A program made the position numbers and the translations under genes. Below the pieces are notes generated by a model that made no database searches, was not told the origin of the DNA, and saw only the letters and a list, made by a program, of their open reading frames with translations. From Vicugna vicugna (taxonomy: Eukaryota), in NCBI GenBank assembly GCA_013265495.1, contig MU058213.1, forward strand, positions 4,030,001 to 4,094,000: 64,000 bases of DNA, read 5' to 3'. Positions 26,229-40,309 of the stretch are shown here, in pieces. Each line of letters starts with the position of its first letter. Within the stretch, counting starts at the first letter, position 1.

Positions 26229-28423
26229 CTTGAAAACAAAACAAGTATTGAGTATTTTTTTTTATGTTTACAGTGGAAAAATATGAAACAGTTTTTTTTT
26301 GCATGCTTAAAATAATTTAAATATAAATCTAAACTAATATACATTTTACACTATAATAGTAAATGACTTCTGTAAATATTTTAAGAGAAAAATAGAACGC
26401 AAGAGAATAAACAGTAGATTCAATATATGTTCTAAATAAATTAATACAGATTAATACAGACATATATTTCCTTCTCTAAAAACAAGAGCACTTAAGAAAT
26501 GTTCTCTATGTTACATACAATTTTTTTAAAAAAAGAAGTAACACATTGGTAAGACAGTTTCAAAAAAGAATTACCCTTTAAAAAATAAAAGCAGATTATA
26601 TGCTTAATATATTTAATATGCATCAGTATTTACTACTCTAGGGCTCCAAAAGTGAGAGAAAATATATATTTTATCTATTGTAAAATTCAAAATAGTAATG
26701 TCATATCAATATACACTACAATTAACTTACTCTAGAGGTGGAAAAATTACAGAATTTAGAATTTTGAAGAGTACATTCTCTTAAAAACCTTCATAAGCAT
26801 AGCTCAAATATTAGCTATAAATTTTTAAACTTCGATTTCTAAAAAAATACTAATTATAACTTATTATAACATTCACAAAGGCATATGCCATCTATAAAAT
26901 ATTTTTAAATATATCAATTTAACATAAAAGCTAGCTTTCTCAAAGGATGTTTGTTTTAGAAACTGTTGATAACTAAATATTATTCACTAATATTGTATAT
27001 TAAACCATTTCAATCTGCATATGTAGAGTGTCTACCTGATCGGCAATGTCATTAATAAATGGTTTAGTGATTCGTAACTTAATGAAGGCTTAGTAACTAC
27101 ACTGAAGGACTAATATATTTAACATAAGGAACAACTATACTGACTTAAATTTCATGGACAAAAATGAAGACATCTAGGAGGATAGAAATGTCAACCATCC
27201 TAAGAGCTCACCTCATGGTTACTCAGTGAATTATGGGCTTAGCAAACAGCCCTCTTTATCCATTCTCTCAGGGCACATTAAAAAATTAGGTCTACAAATG
27301 CTAATATTTTTCTAGATATTAACAATATAACTGTGTAAAATTACTTATGTACATTTTATTTAGTATGTCTAATTGCAAACAAGTTAAAATAGAACATGTC
27401 CTTTTTTTTTAGAAGCACTATATTGGTACTGTTTACAATAATTTTTGACTAATTTTGCTAGACAACTAAATGAATAAAATTTGCACAAAAAATTGACAAA
27501 ATGCACAAATGCGTATCATTTTTGAGGTTAAAGATTTTGTAATTCTCTCAGATATTTAATTGTAAACAATAGTCATAAAGATGAAATAATATTAAGTGTA
27601 AAGTACAACTTTATTGCTTTAATAATTTACACGGGAAAGTAACAGTTTTAAGAATAACATGTGTAAAGTTGTAAGAAAACATGGAAAATTAGTCAGAAGA
27701 AACAAAAAGTAGATATTGGATTAAAGAAGTTTTGAAATAACCGTATATTACAACTGATAATCATTTATAAGCATTTAATAATTTTAAAACAGTATGAAAA
27801 CTGTGAAACAAACTGGTCACAAAATAGTTTAAAAATATTTTATAGAAGAATTTTCCTTTTCAGCTTACTGTTGAAAATGTTATCAAAGACCGACCTTAAA
27901 TTCTTACCGAAGAAACATTACCATGCTAATCATTTTCACATATCACTATTCTAATAAATTGATTTTATGCATCAATTAAAATGAAAGCTATTAAGCATGT
28001 GTTACTATTACTGCTGGTATTTCAACTGGGGAAACTGAATTTTCTTAATATCTCCTGCAAGGGAGGTTGGTGACAGGTTTTTATAAGTATTCATTTTACT
28101 GGCTAAGAAACTGGTAGATGAGAACAAAATTAATTATTGAAATAACTAGCAATAAAAGGCTTATGTTCACAATCTTGTTTTGTGGCTTTAACCATACTGG
28201 TATTCTGTTGAAGGGACAGAATTGTAATAACTTATGAAAAAATTTATAATAACAAATCTGAAAAAAAATTAGAAAAGCACACTACATAGAATTTCATTAT
28301 AAATTCAGCATTAAAATGTATACTACACTTTTATAACTACAAAAGCACACATTAAGATTAACAAATTTTAATATAACTACTAATACATCATTAACACTTT
28401 TGAAAAGAAAAAAATGCTCTTAC

Positions 28424-28449
28424 CTGTAATTTTTATTCATTAAAGATAC
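28424..28449 (-). CDS. ZNF280D: Candidate alternative ZNF280D micro-exon (VSLMNKNY-R); a NAGNAG acceptor can extend it to 28452
   Basis: Acceptor ctatttcagcag|GTA, strong donor CAG|gtaaga; phase 0 to 2, which exactly bridges 37752-37944 to 26183-26228. Confidence 0.5.
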
Positions 28450-29229
28450 CTGCTGAAATAGTCATCATTTGAGAAATTCAATTGCTTGGTAGAAGACAGT
28501 GAAATTTGCTAAGCTCAAAGTTCTGAGCTAATGACCTGCCATTAGGTAATTATACTTTTCACCGATGAATGTTGCTTTTTTAATAGAAAAATGTAGTATA
28601 GCATTTAAAACAAACACTATTTAAGATTTCAATGTAAAGAGAACAGAAGGGCTGACTAGTGATGAATTTCAACAACAGTTAATAGAGATCAAGATTGCAA
28701 ATAAGTACTTTTTCTTCTGTATGTAAACCTGCTGAAATAGATCTTTCTAATAAAGGCCGATCCCTTCCCTCTAAAATTCAAAATGAAATAAATGTCCCTA
28801 CTTGCATTTTTCTGCAGATGACATGACCAATCCAAAGCTACATGTAACATGAGTATTTTGGTTACATTACATTAATGTATTCTTCTGAGGTTTCATTCAC
28901 ACTATAAGCATACCATGGGGGTAGAGGGAAGGGTCATAAGGGGGGAAATGTTCAGATTCATTTCAGTCAGACCACATTCTTTCCTTCCAAAAACATTTAA
29001 AAGCCAAAAATTTCAATGCTGATTTTCAAAATGTAATCTTTAAGAATATTTATAAGCAAACTAAAAAAGCTAAGAGGTTTACAACAAGCTACTAATAAAA
29101 TCAACCAGTTCTCAAGAGCTTCCACTTACACATTCAGGATAAAACTTAGGATAGTGATCATCAGACTAGCAAGTAAGAGTAAAACATCTAGTGCACCACT
29201 TCTGATCATTTGTTCTGAGAGGAGTTAAT

Positions 29230-30100
29230 AGATGTGTGGAATGGATGATTGAGCTATACATTTACCAGGCTGCACATACATCAAGTACTGTGCTAAGAGG
29301 TCCAGTCCAAAGTTAAGACATAATCCCTTCTATCAAGGAGTTCACTGTAAAGGAAATGTATTGATGCAAATGTTTACAGAATTGTGAAAAAGTATCAGAA
29401 AAGTGACACCTATATTGTGGCTATACAAAGGACTGAGCCACTTTGGAGGGGAAAGACGCCAGGAAGCAGTGAAGGTTCTACAGTGAATGTGGTTTTGCAG
29501 CAAGAGCAGGAGTTAGCAAAGCAGGGAAAGGAGATTCAAGGCAGAGCAAAAGCAAAGAAATACAAAATAAGACAGCAATAAGATACTGAGTAGTCTCATA
29601 TGACTAGAATGTAGAGAACAAGGGGGAGTAGTTGAACATGCAACATAGCAATGGCTTCTTCAGGAAAGGTCTCGAATGCCATGATAAAGTTTTTGTGCTA
29701 AGAACTTTATTCTAAGGCTAATAAGAAAGTCTGATCAGATTTCTGCATCAGAAAAAGGGCAGTACCAGAAGAGGGTAAGCTCCACTCAGGGAATCCAGGT
29801 ATGACACAGTTTACGACTGTCCCAAGTAAAGCAGTAGGAGTGTCAGTAAAGAGGAGGAAGGTTGGGGGTGGGGTGAGAAACGAGGTAAAACCAGTGGAAT
29901 CTATGTACCAAGTGGATAAAGGTAAATGTGGAGAGCAAATACAACTCTCTCAGTCTTCCTGGAGTGGCAAAAGAATGGTAATGCCATTAACCAAGATAGG
30001 GAAATCAGGGAGAGAAAAAGCATATTTTGGGGGAAACATGAATTCAGTCTTGAAATACGGAACTTGTAATGCTTGCAGAACATTCACATAAAAATATTTA
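29230..30100 (-). mobile_element. L2 LINE fragment
   Basis: Purine-rich L2-like sequence, e.g. aatggtaatgccattaaccaagatagggaa...gaattcagtcttga. Confidence 0.55.
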
Positions 30101-30849
30101 CCACTCAGATCTATTCAGTCTTGTATAGGTCATCCTTTGGCAAAGTTCCAACAATCACCTTGAAATCAGTAACCCTCAAACCATCATCCAGAACATGACC
30201 CCTACATTTTTACTACTTATTTTTCAATCAACAGATCAGAAATATCATAGTATATTAGAATTAGACTTGAGTCCTAAGAGATTATATTATCCTATTGCCC
30301 CCATCTTGTAGATGAGAAAAATATGAGGCCTAAAAGTGCTGAAGTAATAAATCCATTAGGCAACAGAATGTGTCCTACTTCAAATTTCCACTGCACTGTT
30401 TCACGGCCAATTTCCCCTCTTACCAGTCAGGCTCCCTTATAATCATGCCAGGAAAAGTGAAAAACACACAAAACCTTAACTGATCTCTCTGCCTCTAGAT
30501 GCTTTCCACTCTAAAACATGCCAAGTATCATTGCCAAATTAATCTTACCAATAAACCAATTTAAGCCATTTTTTGCTGAAATGTTCTATTGCCCATATAT
30601 CATAGAAATACCGCTCTAAGATTGGGAGGCTAGATTCTGGTCCCAATGCTACAGCTGTGTCGGTCGCTGCCTACTCTCCTAGGGAAACAGAGGGCCTTCA
30701 TGTTGAAGCTCAGGCCCATCCAGCTACTCAGCCAACCATAAACAAGGCAGGAAAGTACACTTAGAACCACAAGCAGGAAAGCAACAGAGTACTTACTAGT
30801 TTAGTCTCTGAAAACAGACTACCATAATTTAAATTGAGGCTCTTCACAG

Positions 30850-31010
30850 ATACATGACTTTGGGCAAATGACTTATCTGTATCTCAGTTGTCTCATCCAT
30901 AAAACTGGGACAACAACAGTGCATATCTCACTACTTTGCGAGACTTAAATGAGTGGATAAATATAAAACACATCGTGTATGTGCTTAATAAATGTTAGTT
31001 ACTATTAACT
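30850..31010 (+). mobile_element. MIR SINE
   Basis: gactttgggcaaatgactt...ctcagttgtctcatccataaaactggg...ttaaatgag...gcttaataaatgttag. Confidence 0.75.
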
Positions 31011-32386
31011 GCCATGGGTAGGGTCAGGAATCAATCTGACTGTCTAGAATTTACTTGAATGTGCCATACAGGCTCTTAAAGCCTGTTACCTAAATATCTT
31101 CAATGTTTTGAAATTTGTTTGCTATACTTCCCCCACCCTCAAACAAATAAACAAAAAAATACATTAACATTCATTCTGTTGCTGGTCTATTTACTCTAGT
31201 ATGAAATGATCTTCCCACTTCTGAAGACCAAGTATGGTTTGCTCATCTGAAGTCAGGGAAGGTAGTGTAAAAAAAATCACTCTGGATAAATAGAGGAAAT
31301 AACTAGGTAAAGACAGAGACAAAGAATCAAGAGAAACAAAACACATTTGTATGTAAAAATATGATGCAAAACGTAAGACCATCAATGGACGCAGAAGATT
31401 CTAATACCAGACTGGGGCTCTAATTTTGTTATTTTGTGGGGTTTTTTTTTTTTTTGGTCGTTGGCAATACTGAATTAAGTCATGAATACTTAATTTATAA
31501 TTTATAAGTGACTATCCTCAGAACTAGGAGACTGAAAAAATGATAGTAACCTCACAGTCACTGGTTGAAGTTGATAGAGTTTGTCCTAAATGAAGAACTA
31601 TACTGAAGTTTCATTTATCTTTCCCATTCAATGGGTCTCCCATTATTCCCTGCTTACCACTGTATTTTGATGTACAGCTCCTACCTACTGACTGTAGGGC
31701 AAATATATTGTATCCACTTCGAAAAGCAGAAACTATTTTACAGTTACCAAAGATTTGGTTTGAGACAGTAATGTCCACGGTAGGATAACAGAATCTAAGG
31801 ACATGATCCATCATCTCCAATTCCAGTTACATTTCAAAATTTTAGAGAAGGAAACAAGCTGAAAATGAATTCCGTGTATCTCATAGATGAGATCAGTTTG
31901 CTTTTTTTCCTGTTAACTCTTTTCTCAGATGTCTACAAAAGAAAAAGCTATTTTGCTATTGCTAAGTAGCACAACTACACATTTTCATAAACTTAGTACT
32001 ATTAGGTAAGTAGCCAAGATCACTGGAAATGAAAGACTGGTAATAATTAACGAAACGTTTTCTTTAGAAAAGAGATTCTGTAAGCTCAAGAAAATTTTTC
32101 CTCCTAAGCAAAGAGGATTATGTACTAGTTTTCAATAAGGGTGTTGTTTCACAGTGTGTAGACAGGAAAAGTCACAATTACATTCAGTTCTGGCCTTTGA
32201 GAATTTTATGAGGTGCAATTTAACACTGCAATAAAATGCCATTCATCCAGCAGCTTGGAGGAATGTACTCCAAGATCTGTGAACTATGAGCCAAAATTAC
32301 AAATAACCACAGAACAGAAGGACTGCCACTAAACTCTCAATGATGAGAGGATTCCACAGGTAGAGTTCCCAAGGTGTCCTGTCACC

Positions 32387-32465
32387 AGTAGCAGCAGTGA
32401 TAACAGTCTTAACAGCAGGAACAGCAGTAGGAGCTGGAGCAGCAAAGCAGCAGCAGCAGGAGCAA
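32387..32465. repeat. Degenerate (CAG)n low-complexity tract followed by a MIR-like fragment
   Basis: agtagcagcag...gcagcagcagcaggagc. Confidence 0.6.
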
Positions 32466-33289
32466 TGGTACCACCAACATGCATTTACTGAATGGTTACT
32501 TTGTCAGGTCAGTGCCAAGTAATTTTAATTAACTATTAAAATAATTTGAATTGCTTAAATCAATAACTTAACATCCACACATTATCTCTATTTCTTATAT
32601 CCTCTCTGCAAAGAATTATTACACACCTTTCACTGATGAGGACGATAAGGTAAAGTTTTTTCACAAGGTTACAAAGCTGGTTAGATATACAACCAGGATT
32701 TAAATCTAGGACTGCCTTATTCCTTCCTCTACACCATAGTTCATGGAGATAAAGAAAAAGATATCTTTCAGTGTGGAGGATTAAAAACAGTAGGTTCCCA
32801 CATTTCAATCAATGATAGAGAAAAGGAGATGCGCAGTAGCCTCTCCAAGTCTGCAGAGGAAGATGAGCTCTTCCAGGTGGTCAAAGACCAAAGTGACTGG
32901 AGCAAGGCTGTAGAAGGATCTCACAGTCGGAGAGGTGGGCTGAAGTGTGAGGTGAACCCGCGTGGTCAGTGTAAGGCAGTAAAATTTAGGGGAAAACACT
33001 GCTTATAAAAGGCAGCTATGATTAAAGTGAAACTATGGGCATTCATGGATATTCCCTAAAAATACAAGTTTATTGAGTTTTAGACACCAAAAAGATCTCA
33101 TGTTATGACTAATACTTGCTTCAAATGATAGCTCTTAAGAAAGATTTACTGGGTTAGAAAAAGAAAGTTAAGAGAAATGATCTGTGAAAATGGTATAAGA
33201 AGGTTAGAATGAAAAGTAGGCTGAAGATTAGGATAATTCTATCTGCATAAAATGCAGGCAGAAGTAAAATTATGAAGAATAGTAAAATA

Positions 33290-33545
33290 ATAGTAACAGT
33301 GATAACTTTATACTTGCTTCCTACGTCCCAATCACTTTTTAAGTACTATATACGTACACTGACTCATTTAATTATCTCTGCACCTCATGAGCAGGTACTG
33401 TTGTTTCTCTGTGTTATACAAGTGAGGAATGAGGCACAGAAGTCTGGTACCCTACCCATGCCACACACATTTTAGTAAACAGCACGGTAGGAACTCCAAA
33501 CTAGGCCATCAACTGCAGACCCTGTGCTCTTTAACCACTTACCAC
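33290..33545 (-). mobile_element. MIR SINE
   Basis: actcatttaatt...gaggaatgaggcacaga...gctctttaaccact. Confidence 0.7.
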
Positions 33546-34629
33546 ATTGTACCTTTAAGGGTCTGAGAGGGTTTAAAATAATCTGGCTCAACCTCCTAAT
33601 CTTAGGATCAAAGAGGACCTCCTCCTGAAGCTGTTTAAGTGGAAAGTAAGACTTATAGAAAACACCTTAACAGATAACAAAAGGCTGAAAATAGTAATAG
33701 TCTCAAGAAAAGTAGGTAAGTGGGTAGACTGATAAGCTAAGCATAAGGAGTTACAGAGAGAAGCTAGAAATAAATGAGAGATTTTTAAGCTTCTTAGGGT
33801 GAAATCATGTAAAGTAACCATACCCTCCAATAACAAAAACAAAAAATCCCTTGCTGCTATAATCCGAGGCAGGATAAGCTAGTAACTTGTCTTTCCCTGT
33901 TATGCATTTATTAGATTTTTACAAACATAATAATAAGGGTATCTTGTAATTTCTAAAAATAATAAAATGGACACTTCTAGCATCTAGTTGTAAATTCCAC
34001 CTTACAAATGATTAATAAATATAAATGAAATGTCTAGGAATCCATCTTAGGCAAAATCTTACCCAATTACTTTTCATTTCCCAGTTCATAAAATCTGAAG
34101 AAGGATTACTCCAGATCAGTATTCTACACACTATTCTGTGGAGATTAAGAAGTTCTTAATTATTCAAAGAAAAAAAAATCTAAGGTCAAATATTCTCTTA
34201 GACATTCACAAACCACATACAGCATGAAAAATCCCACATTAAAGAACCAATTTAACTTAAACTTGCATTGCCTAAATTTATCCAGCCATGGAAACATTCT
34301 CCCCCAACTTATAAATTACGGACATTAGTTCTACAGTACTGAGTTTGCGGAAAGCTAACCTAGTTACCTTCTTTAACAGAAGGGTAAGAGAACTACTTTC
34401 ATGAGAGTATATGAAATAGTTAAATGTGCTGAGGAATAATGTGAACATTTTTCTCAAGGTCAAAGAGCCCCTGTTTCTGCTACTGGGGATAAGGATTGTG
34501 GCACCCTAAATTCATCTTGTCATAAGAACATGTTACGAATTATGGCATGTAAGTATAACCAATAAGGAATAACAGAATCCCAGAACTCCAGAATAAGTCA
34601 GCACTCACATTTTACAAACAGGGTAACTA

Positions 34630-35675
34630 AGGTGCCAAGGACACCACCGCTCCCCTGGTCTTCCTCCCATATCACTGGCCACTCCTTCTCCGTTTCCTTT
34701 ACCAATTTCTTCTCATCTCCCTAACCTTTTATGGTCAGATTCCCCAGAGCTCAGCCTGTGGACCTTGCCCTGACTCTCTCTCTCTACTGTGCCTTTTGGT
34801 GATCTTCACAGAGCCCCATGACTTTTTTCACTGAATTTTAATTTGGGGGATATTTGTCTATCCACATGCAATTGTAAGAAATAATACAGACAGATTCCAT
34901 GCACTCTTTGTCCAGTTTCCTCAATAATGTCTTAGTACAAAATCATAACACAAAAGTATAAGCAGGATGTTCACAGTGAGAAAATACACCAATTTTATTC
35001 AATTTTCTCCAGTTTTACTTGTATTCATTCCCATGACATTTCAAAAGTTAAATGATATTTATAGCCTAGAATACCCCCCCCTAAACTCATAAAGGTCTTC
35101 TATAGTTTATTCCTAAAATAGCAGCTAGGGTAAATACAGAACCTCTCCTGTATTTCAAGGTTTTTATTGATTGTGGGTTTTATTGAGGTATAAAACACTC
35201 CTCTATTCAAAATCCTCTAACGGCTTCTTATCTCAAGGTAAAAGCCACATTCCCTACAATGAATGGTCTGTAAGGTCCTATACACACGGCCCACATCACC
35301 CTGCAGGTCCCATCTCCAACCGCTCCTCCTCCTCATCACTCATTTGTGGCCAAACCAGTCTCCTTGCAGTTCTTCCTCAGGTCTTCCCTCTAACGTCATC
35401 TCTCAGTGAGTCTTCCCCTGATTACCAAATTTTAAACGGCAGCCTCCAAACTCCCACCCAATTCTCCTTATCCCACCTCCCTGCTTTACTTTTCTCCATA
35501 GTATTGACCACTATCTAACATACTATGTATTTTATTTACTTTATATTGTCTGTCTTTTACCACTAAAATGTCAGTTCTGTGAGGGCAGAGATTTCAGTCC
35601 ACTTTTCTAGCGCTTAGAACACCGCCAGGCACAAAGGAGATATTCAAGAAGTAGTCACTGAATAAATAAATGAGG
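34630..35675 (+). mobile_element. L2a LINE 3' region with a small L1MC-like insert (~34835-35030)
   Basis: L2a 3' end cactaaaatgtcagttctgtgagggcagagattt...cttagaacaccgccaggcaca...tgaataaataaatga; insert gcaattgtaagaaataatacagacagattcc. Confidence 0.75.
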
Positions 35676-37751
35676 CCCCAAGAGATGAGGTGCTGTGCCA
35701 AAACATGACAAAAACAGGACAAGAATCCAAGTTTCTGTAGTTTAGGAGTCATTTTTTCTTAGAAGGGTGATGGAATCAAACTGAACCAGTATCACTTTTT
35801 ATTTACTGGTAACCAAAAGCATACATGCAAGACATGGCAATTTCTAATCAGGTGAATAAACTATTAGAAAATTTGATGGCAACAAATGATAAGACTCAAG
35901 CTAAAACCTGTTAGCACCAAATTAAAATTGAACCAACTGCCTATAATAAGGAAGTTTTGCACTAACTGCCTTAAGTGTTTTATTTAAACCAGCTTTTTAA
36001 AAAGGAAGTTTAGGTGCTAGAACTTCAAGAGTTTAAGCTTTAAGAAAATGAACTTGATAATACTACAGTCGACACCAAGCAGTACCAAGAATGTAGTTTC
36101 TTATATTTTTGAATTATAATCAAGGTAGAATAAATACCTGTAAATGAAAAAGGAATTTATATTAAAAATGTAATAAAGACATTATTTCTGGGCATAATTT
36201 CTGTATATTTTAAAAAACTGGGTAGAAAAAGGGTGAATGATGAAATTTTCTAGAGACAGATAAGGAAATAAAGATGAGCATAACACCAGACTATCTACTA
36301 AGAAACTAGCTACTTGCAGAGCTTTTGAAAAAAATCATTCATTTATAGCAGAAATTAGTTTGGAAATTTAAAACTAATGGGTACAACTTTTTTGACTGCA
36401 AGGAGCACACTACATAATAAATAGTCATCTAAATTGACTTTAAATCTGTTTCAAAGTAAAACTTAGGAAGTTCTAATTTTAGAGTTTAAAAAAAAAAAAA
36501 AGATCAAGTCATACTATCAGAGCCTGCCTAGCTCTTATGGCAACTAATATCACAGAAGGTATTCTGCATGTCATCAAAATTCAGTAAATTGGTGTAGTAT
36601 AAATACTGACCTTTCAATTGTGCTGAAAGAAAGAAATGTGAGATGCACTAAGTAGGAAGAGCTTTCAGTCTGCAGGCCAAACCACAGGGCCTCCACGAGA
36701 CAAAGCAATACTCCTATTTATACGATTACATCTACAGCTTTCATATGAAATTCTTTATTAGTAAATAATTCCTGAAGCACTAAACAACAGAATTTTTTAT
36801 TAAAAGAAAATAATAGCATCAGAACTGTTTAATATAACTAAAATAAACAAGTATCAACTTTAAAAAAATATATATATATGGAAATATATTTTATATCTGA
36901 TAGAACCAACTGCATTATTGGTCCCATATTTTTTAATGTTACTATTACCCAAAGGAACTATTAATGGCTAAGTAGATATTATATATTAGGTATATAAATA
37001 TGCAACTTTAATACTTGTTGTAAGGTCTGCAAGAAGAGGTTTTGTCAATTCTTTATACCCTAGAACTCATAATTATTAAGATAATATTAATAATAATCCT
37101 AAAATAAGACAGAGGACATAATAATGTCTAATGGCCTGAAAAAAGCCAAATTAAAAAGGTATAAATAAGCAGCTATAGGAAATCTGTAGAGAATTCTAGG
37201 GAATATCTTGGAGTTCTTTTTTTTTTTTTTTTAATCTTGGAGCTCTTAATAAAACAAAGCAAACACTAAACAACAGTTTTAAAGAAAAGAATATAAAAAT
37301 AGACAACATAAAATAGACATCAGTAAATTTGGGTAACATAAAACCAAGCTATCAAAATTAGCCTAAATTTTTAAAAAATAATAAATCTGAGAATTGATAT
37401 TGCTGAAAAATTATAAAGTTACTATTGGGTAATGTATTTTGAATAACAGTAAGAATAAATGAAATTCTGGAACATAACTGTAAAGACCTGCTGTTCCAAG
37501 GACATGAAAATAACCATGGTCTCCTAACAACCAGAGCTTTTGTATTCCTTGGATGCATTCATGCTAGAGGAAGATTAAAGGGTAGCAGCCAAAATGACTA
37601 AACTTCAGCTTCGAGGCTGAAGCATAGATTTGATTTTCTTGGCCAGATGTGACCCACAAACTTAAAAGCAAGAGCTAAAGCTCCAGTGGTAAGTTGTGCT
37701 CAATTTGGTGGGCCCTGAGACCATCTCTGGCTATATCAGCATCAGCCTTAC

Positions 37752-37944
37752 GGAAGGCCAGCCATGAAGGAAGGGAGTCTCCCCAAGATCTGATTTCTTG
37801 AGACCACAACCTAGAGCAGGTCCCAAGGTCAAATTAGTCACATTCCTTGGAAAGAGAGAACAGGCATCAGTTGTGTCCATCGAAGGGGGACACTGTCCAG
37901 GTGTACCCTGGACATTTTTTGAAATCTCTGGGCTGCTTCTCCAT
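37752..37944 (-). CDS. ZNF280D: Candidate alternative ZNF280D exon (WRSSPEISKNVQG...ETPFLHGWPS)
   Basis: Strong acceptor ctatttttcttatttttcag|A, donor TCC|gtaagg; 193 nt, open in the ZNF280D frame; phase 2 to 0. Confidence 0.6.
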
Positions 37945-38546
37945 CTGAAAAATAAGAAAAATAGCACAATGACAGACAACGAATGAGGAAAAAGACAATC
38001 ATCTGGCCTAAAAACTTAAGACTTATAAGAAATTAAGAAAGCAGACAAAACAGACAAAAAGACAAACAGCCACATCATTTAGAATGTATTTATCTGAAGG
38101 CAAGTATACAGAGAAAAACACAAATTATTTTAAGCAAAGTAAGAAATGACCAGAGCAACAAAAGCTATTTTTGGAGAGAGCCAACTGGAGAAAAAAAACG
38201 TATGTTAAGATATGTCAACCTGACACAAAGATAAGGTGGAATAAGAATCTAGTCCCATTTGAAGCTGAAAAGAGTTGAATAATGATTGCTAGTGTCATGA
38301 ACTTGGCTGCTTAACTGCCTTTGTGTAAGAAAACATCTCAGAACTTTGAACTTAGGAAATTCCAACTTGTCTTGCACCAGGTCACGAGCTCCATAGAGCA
38401 GGAACCTATTTCAACAAGCAGCTTTAAAAAAAAAAACAAAATACTTTAATATTTTTCATTTCTATTAATGATACATTTAAAAATGTAATATGCAATAGTG
38501 CTAAAATCTATCAAAGTAAAATGCACTGAATAAAAATTAAACTTAC

Positions 38547-38583
38547 TCAGAAAGATGTTCAGAAGTTGGGATACAAACAGAAA
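38547..38583 (-). CDS. ZNF280D: ZNF280D coding exon (VSVCIPTSEHLS)
   Basis: Acceptor atttcag|TT, donor GA|gtaagt; 37 nt; phase 1 to 2. Confidence 0.93.
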
Positions 38584-38729
38584 CTGAAATCAGAAGAAAA
38601 GTTTTATATTTAAAACAGTATATGAAATACAATGAGTGAGAATAACGATTTAGTAAAGCATAGTGTAGCTGACCAAAAATACTGGAATAAATGTCAAAAA
38701 TCCAAAGCAACACAATTATATATACGTAC

Positions 38730-38848
38730 CTTTCTCTAACACAACTTGGCAGGCATGAGTTTCGTGTTGACTTAAGTGTGTAGCCATGTTATCTAAGCCA
38801 GAAACATCAGTTAGGAAATCACAATTAAGGCACACTAGAGTAATGCCC
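38730..38848 (-). CDS. ZNF280D: ZNF280D coding exon (GITLVCLNCDFLTDVSGLDNMATHLSQHETHACQVVLEK)
   Basis: Acceptor tttatag|G, donor G|gtacgt; 119 nt; phase 2 to 1. Confidence 0.95.
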
Positions 38849-40309
38849 CTATAAAAAACAAAGCAAATAGTATAAAAGGTTTTTATCTTTTATGAAAATC
38901 CATACACCAGTGCAATGATTATTTTTCCATGGCTTGCTTTCTGTGTCATAACTGTCACTCCCATTTTTGTTACATTAACTTGATATAACCGAAATGGTTC
39001 TCTAGAAAATGGCACGGTCATATTCAAATTATGCTACCACTTATTTACAAAAAGTATTTTTGCTTTTACAAACTTTTTTCTCTCACACCAGTTGCTAAAA
39101 GCTAAGAGTCAATAGACCACAGTGCAGCCTTGGCTCCACTAACGTGTGTCACTATGACAAGTGCCTACGCCCATCTGCATAGTGAGAGTACAATATATAT
39201 AAATGTACTATATATATATTAGTCAATCTATGTTTGTTAAGGCTGTCTTTATACATACTGTACTACTATTGTACTGTATTTTGAATATAATGATGGTAAA
39301 AAATACATCTGTGCTCTAATGGAGCTTTTATCTAGTGTTTATCTAGGTGAAGAAAAAATTAGAAATACGAAGGCTTTAAAAACAGATCATATTATAGCTG
39401 CTATCATTGTGTACTATGTGTTAAAGATTTTCTCATATATTACTTAAATTCCCACCACCAGCATCCAAGGTTGACATTATTCTCATTTAACACTGAATTA
39501 ACTAAAGTAGTTAATTCACTACTGAAGTCCAAAACTTGAGTTCCTCAGCATCCCAGTACTGTGAACTGGCCCACTTGCTGGGGCCTAAACTACTTGATCC
39601 TTTAACAAAACTTCACTGAGGACCGTAGTTCTTAAATGAAATGTACAATGATAATAAATTTTCAAAATAGTCAGGAAACAATTCCCACAGTCAATACTTT
39701 CTGTTGAACTCAGGAATAGTTTTTTATCCTTATTGGATCAATCTGAGTAGCATTCGTTATTTGAAGTATTTAAACATAACTGCCATATTACAGTATGTAA
39801 AATTGTTTTTAAGATTCTAGTTTAAAATGTGTTTAAACTTTTAATTTTTAGTTGAAAGGTATTTAAAAATATTATTAAGCCTCAGAAATATGCAAATGTT
39901 TCAGGGAACTTAGAAAGCCACTTGTTTAATTTATCATATTTATTAGAGTTAAGCACTTGGGAGCTGTGGGTCAAGCATCTGAAGAACTGTTTAAAAGAAA
40001 ATCAAATACACTAAACATATAAATTATGCTAAATCTTTTAAAGTTAAGTGAATGGTAAATGAGACAGTTTTGAAAAATTTAGTCTGTTCAGCTTAAATGA
40101 ACTTTATCAAACATTAATTAAAGTGATTTAATAAGCCCTCTTTAAAGTAATTATTAAAAGGTACTAGATTTCTAAATGGATTATTTTTAAGCTTAAGGAA
40201 AGTTAAGATTTAAATACTTACATGTAATAATTAATTATATGTCTTTTTTTACTAACAAACTGCCCTCACAGACACTAAAAGTAGTCTCAATGGTAAGTAA
40301 CAGTTAAAT

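Noticed and set aside
32387..32465. CAG tract as a possible polyQ exon
   Set aside because: No flanking splice sites or sustained ORF; it is a low-complexity tract next to a MIR-like fragment.
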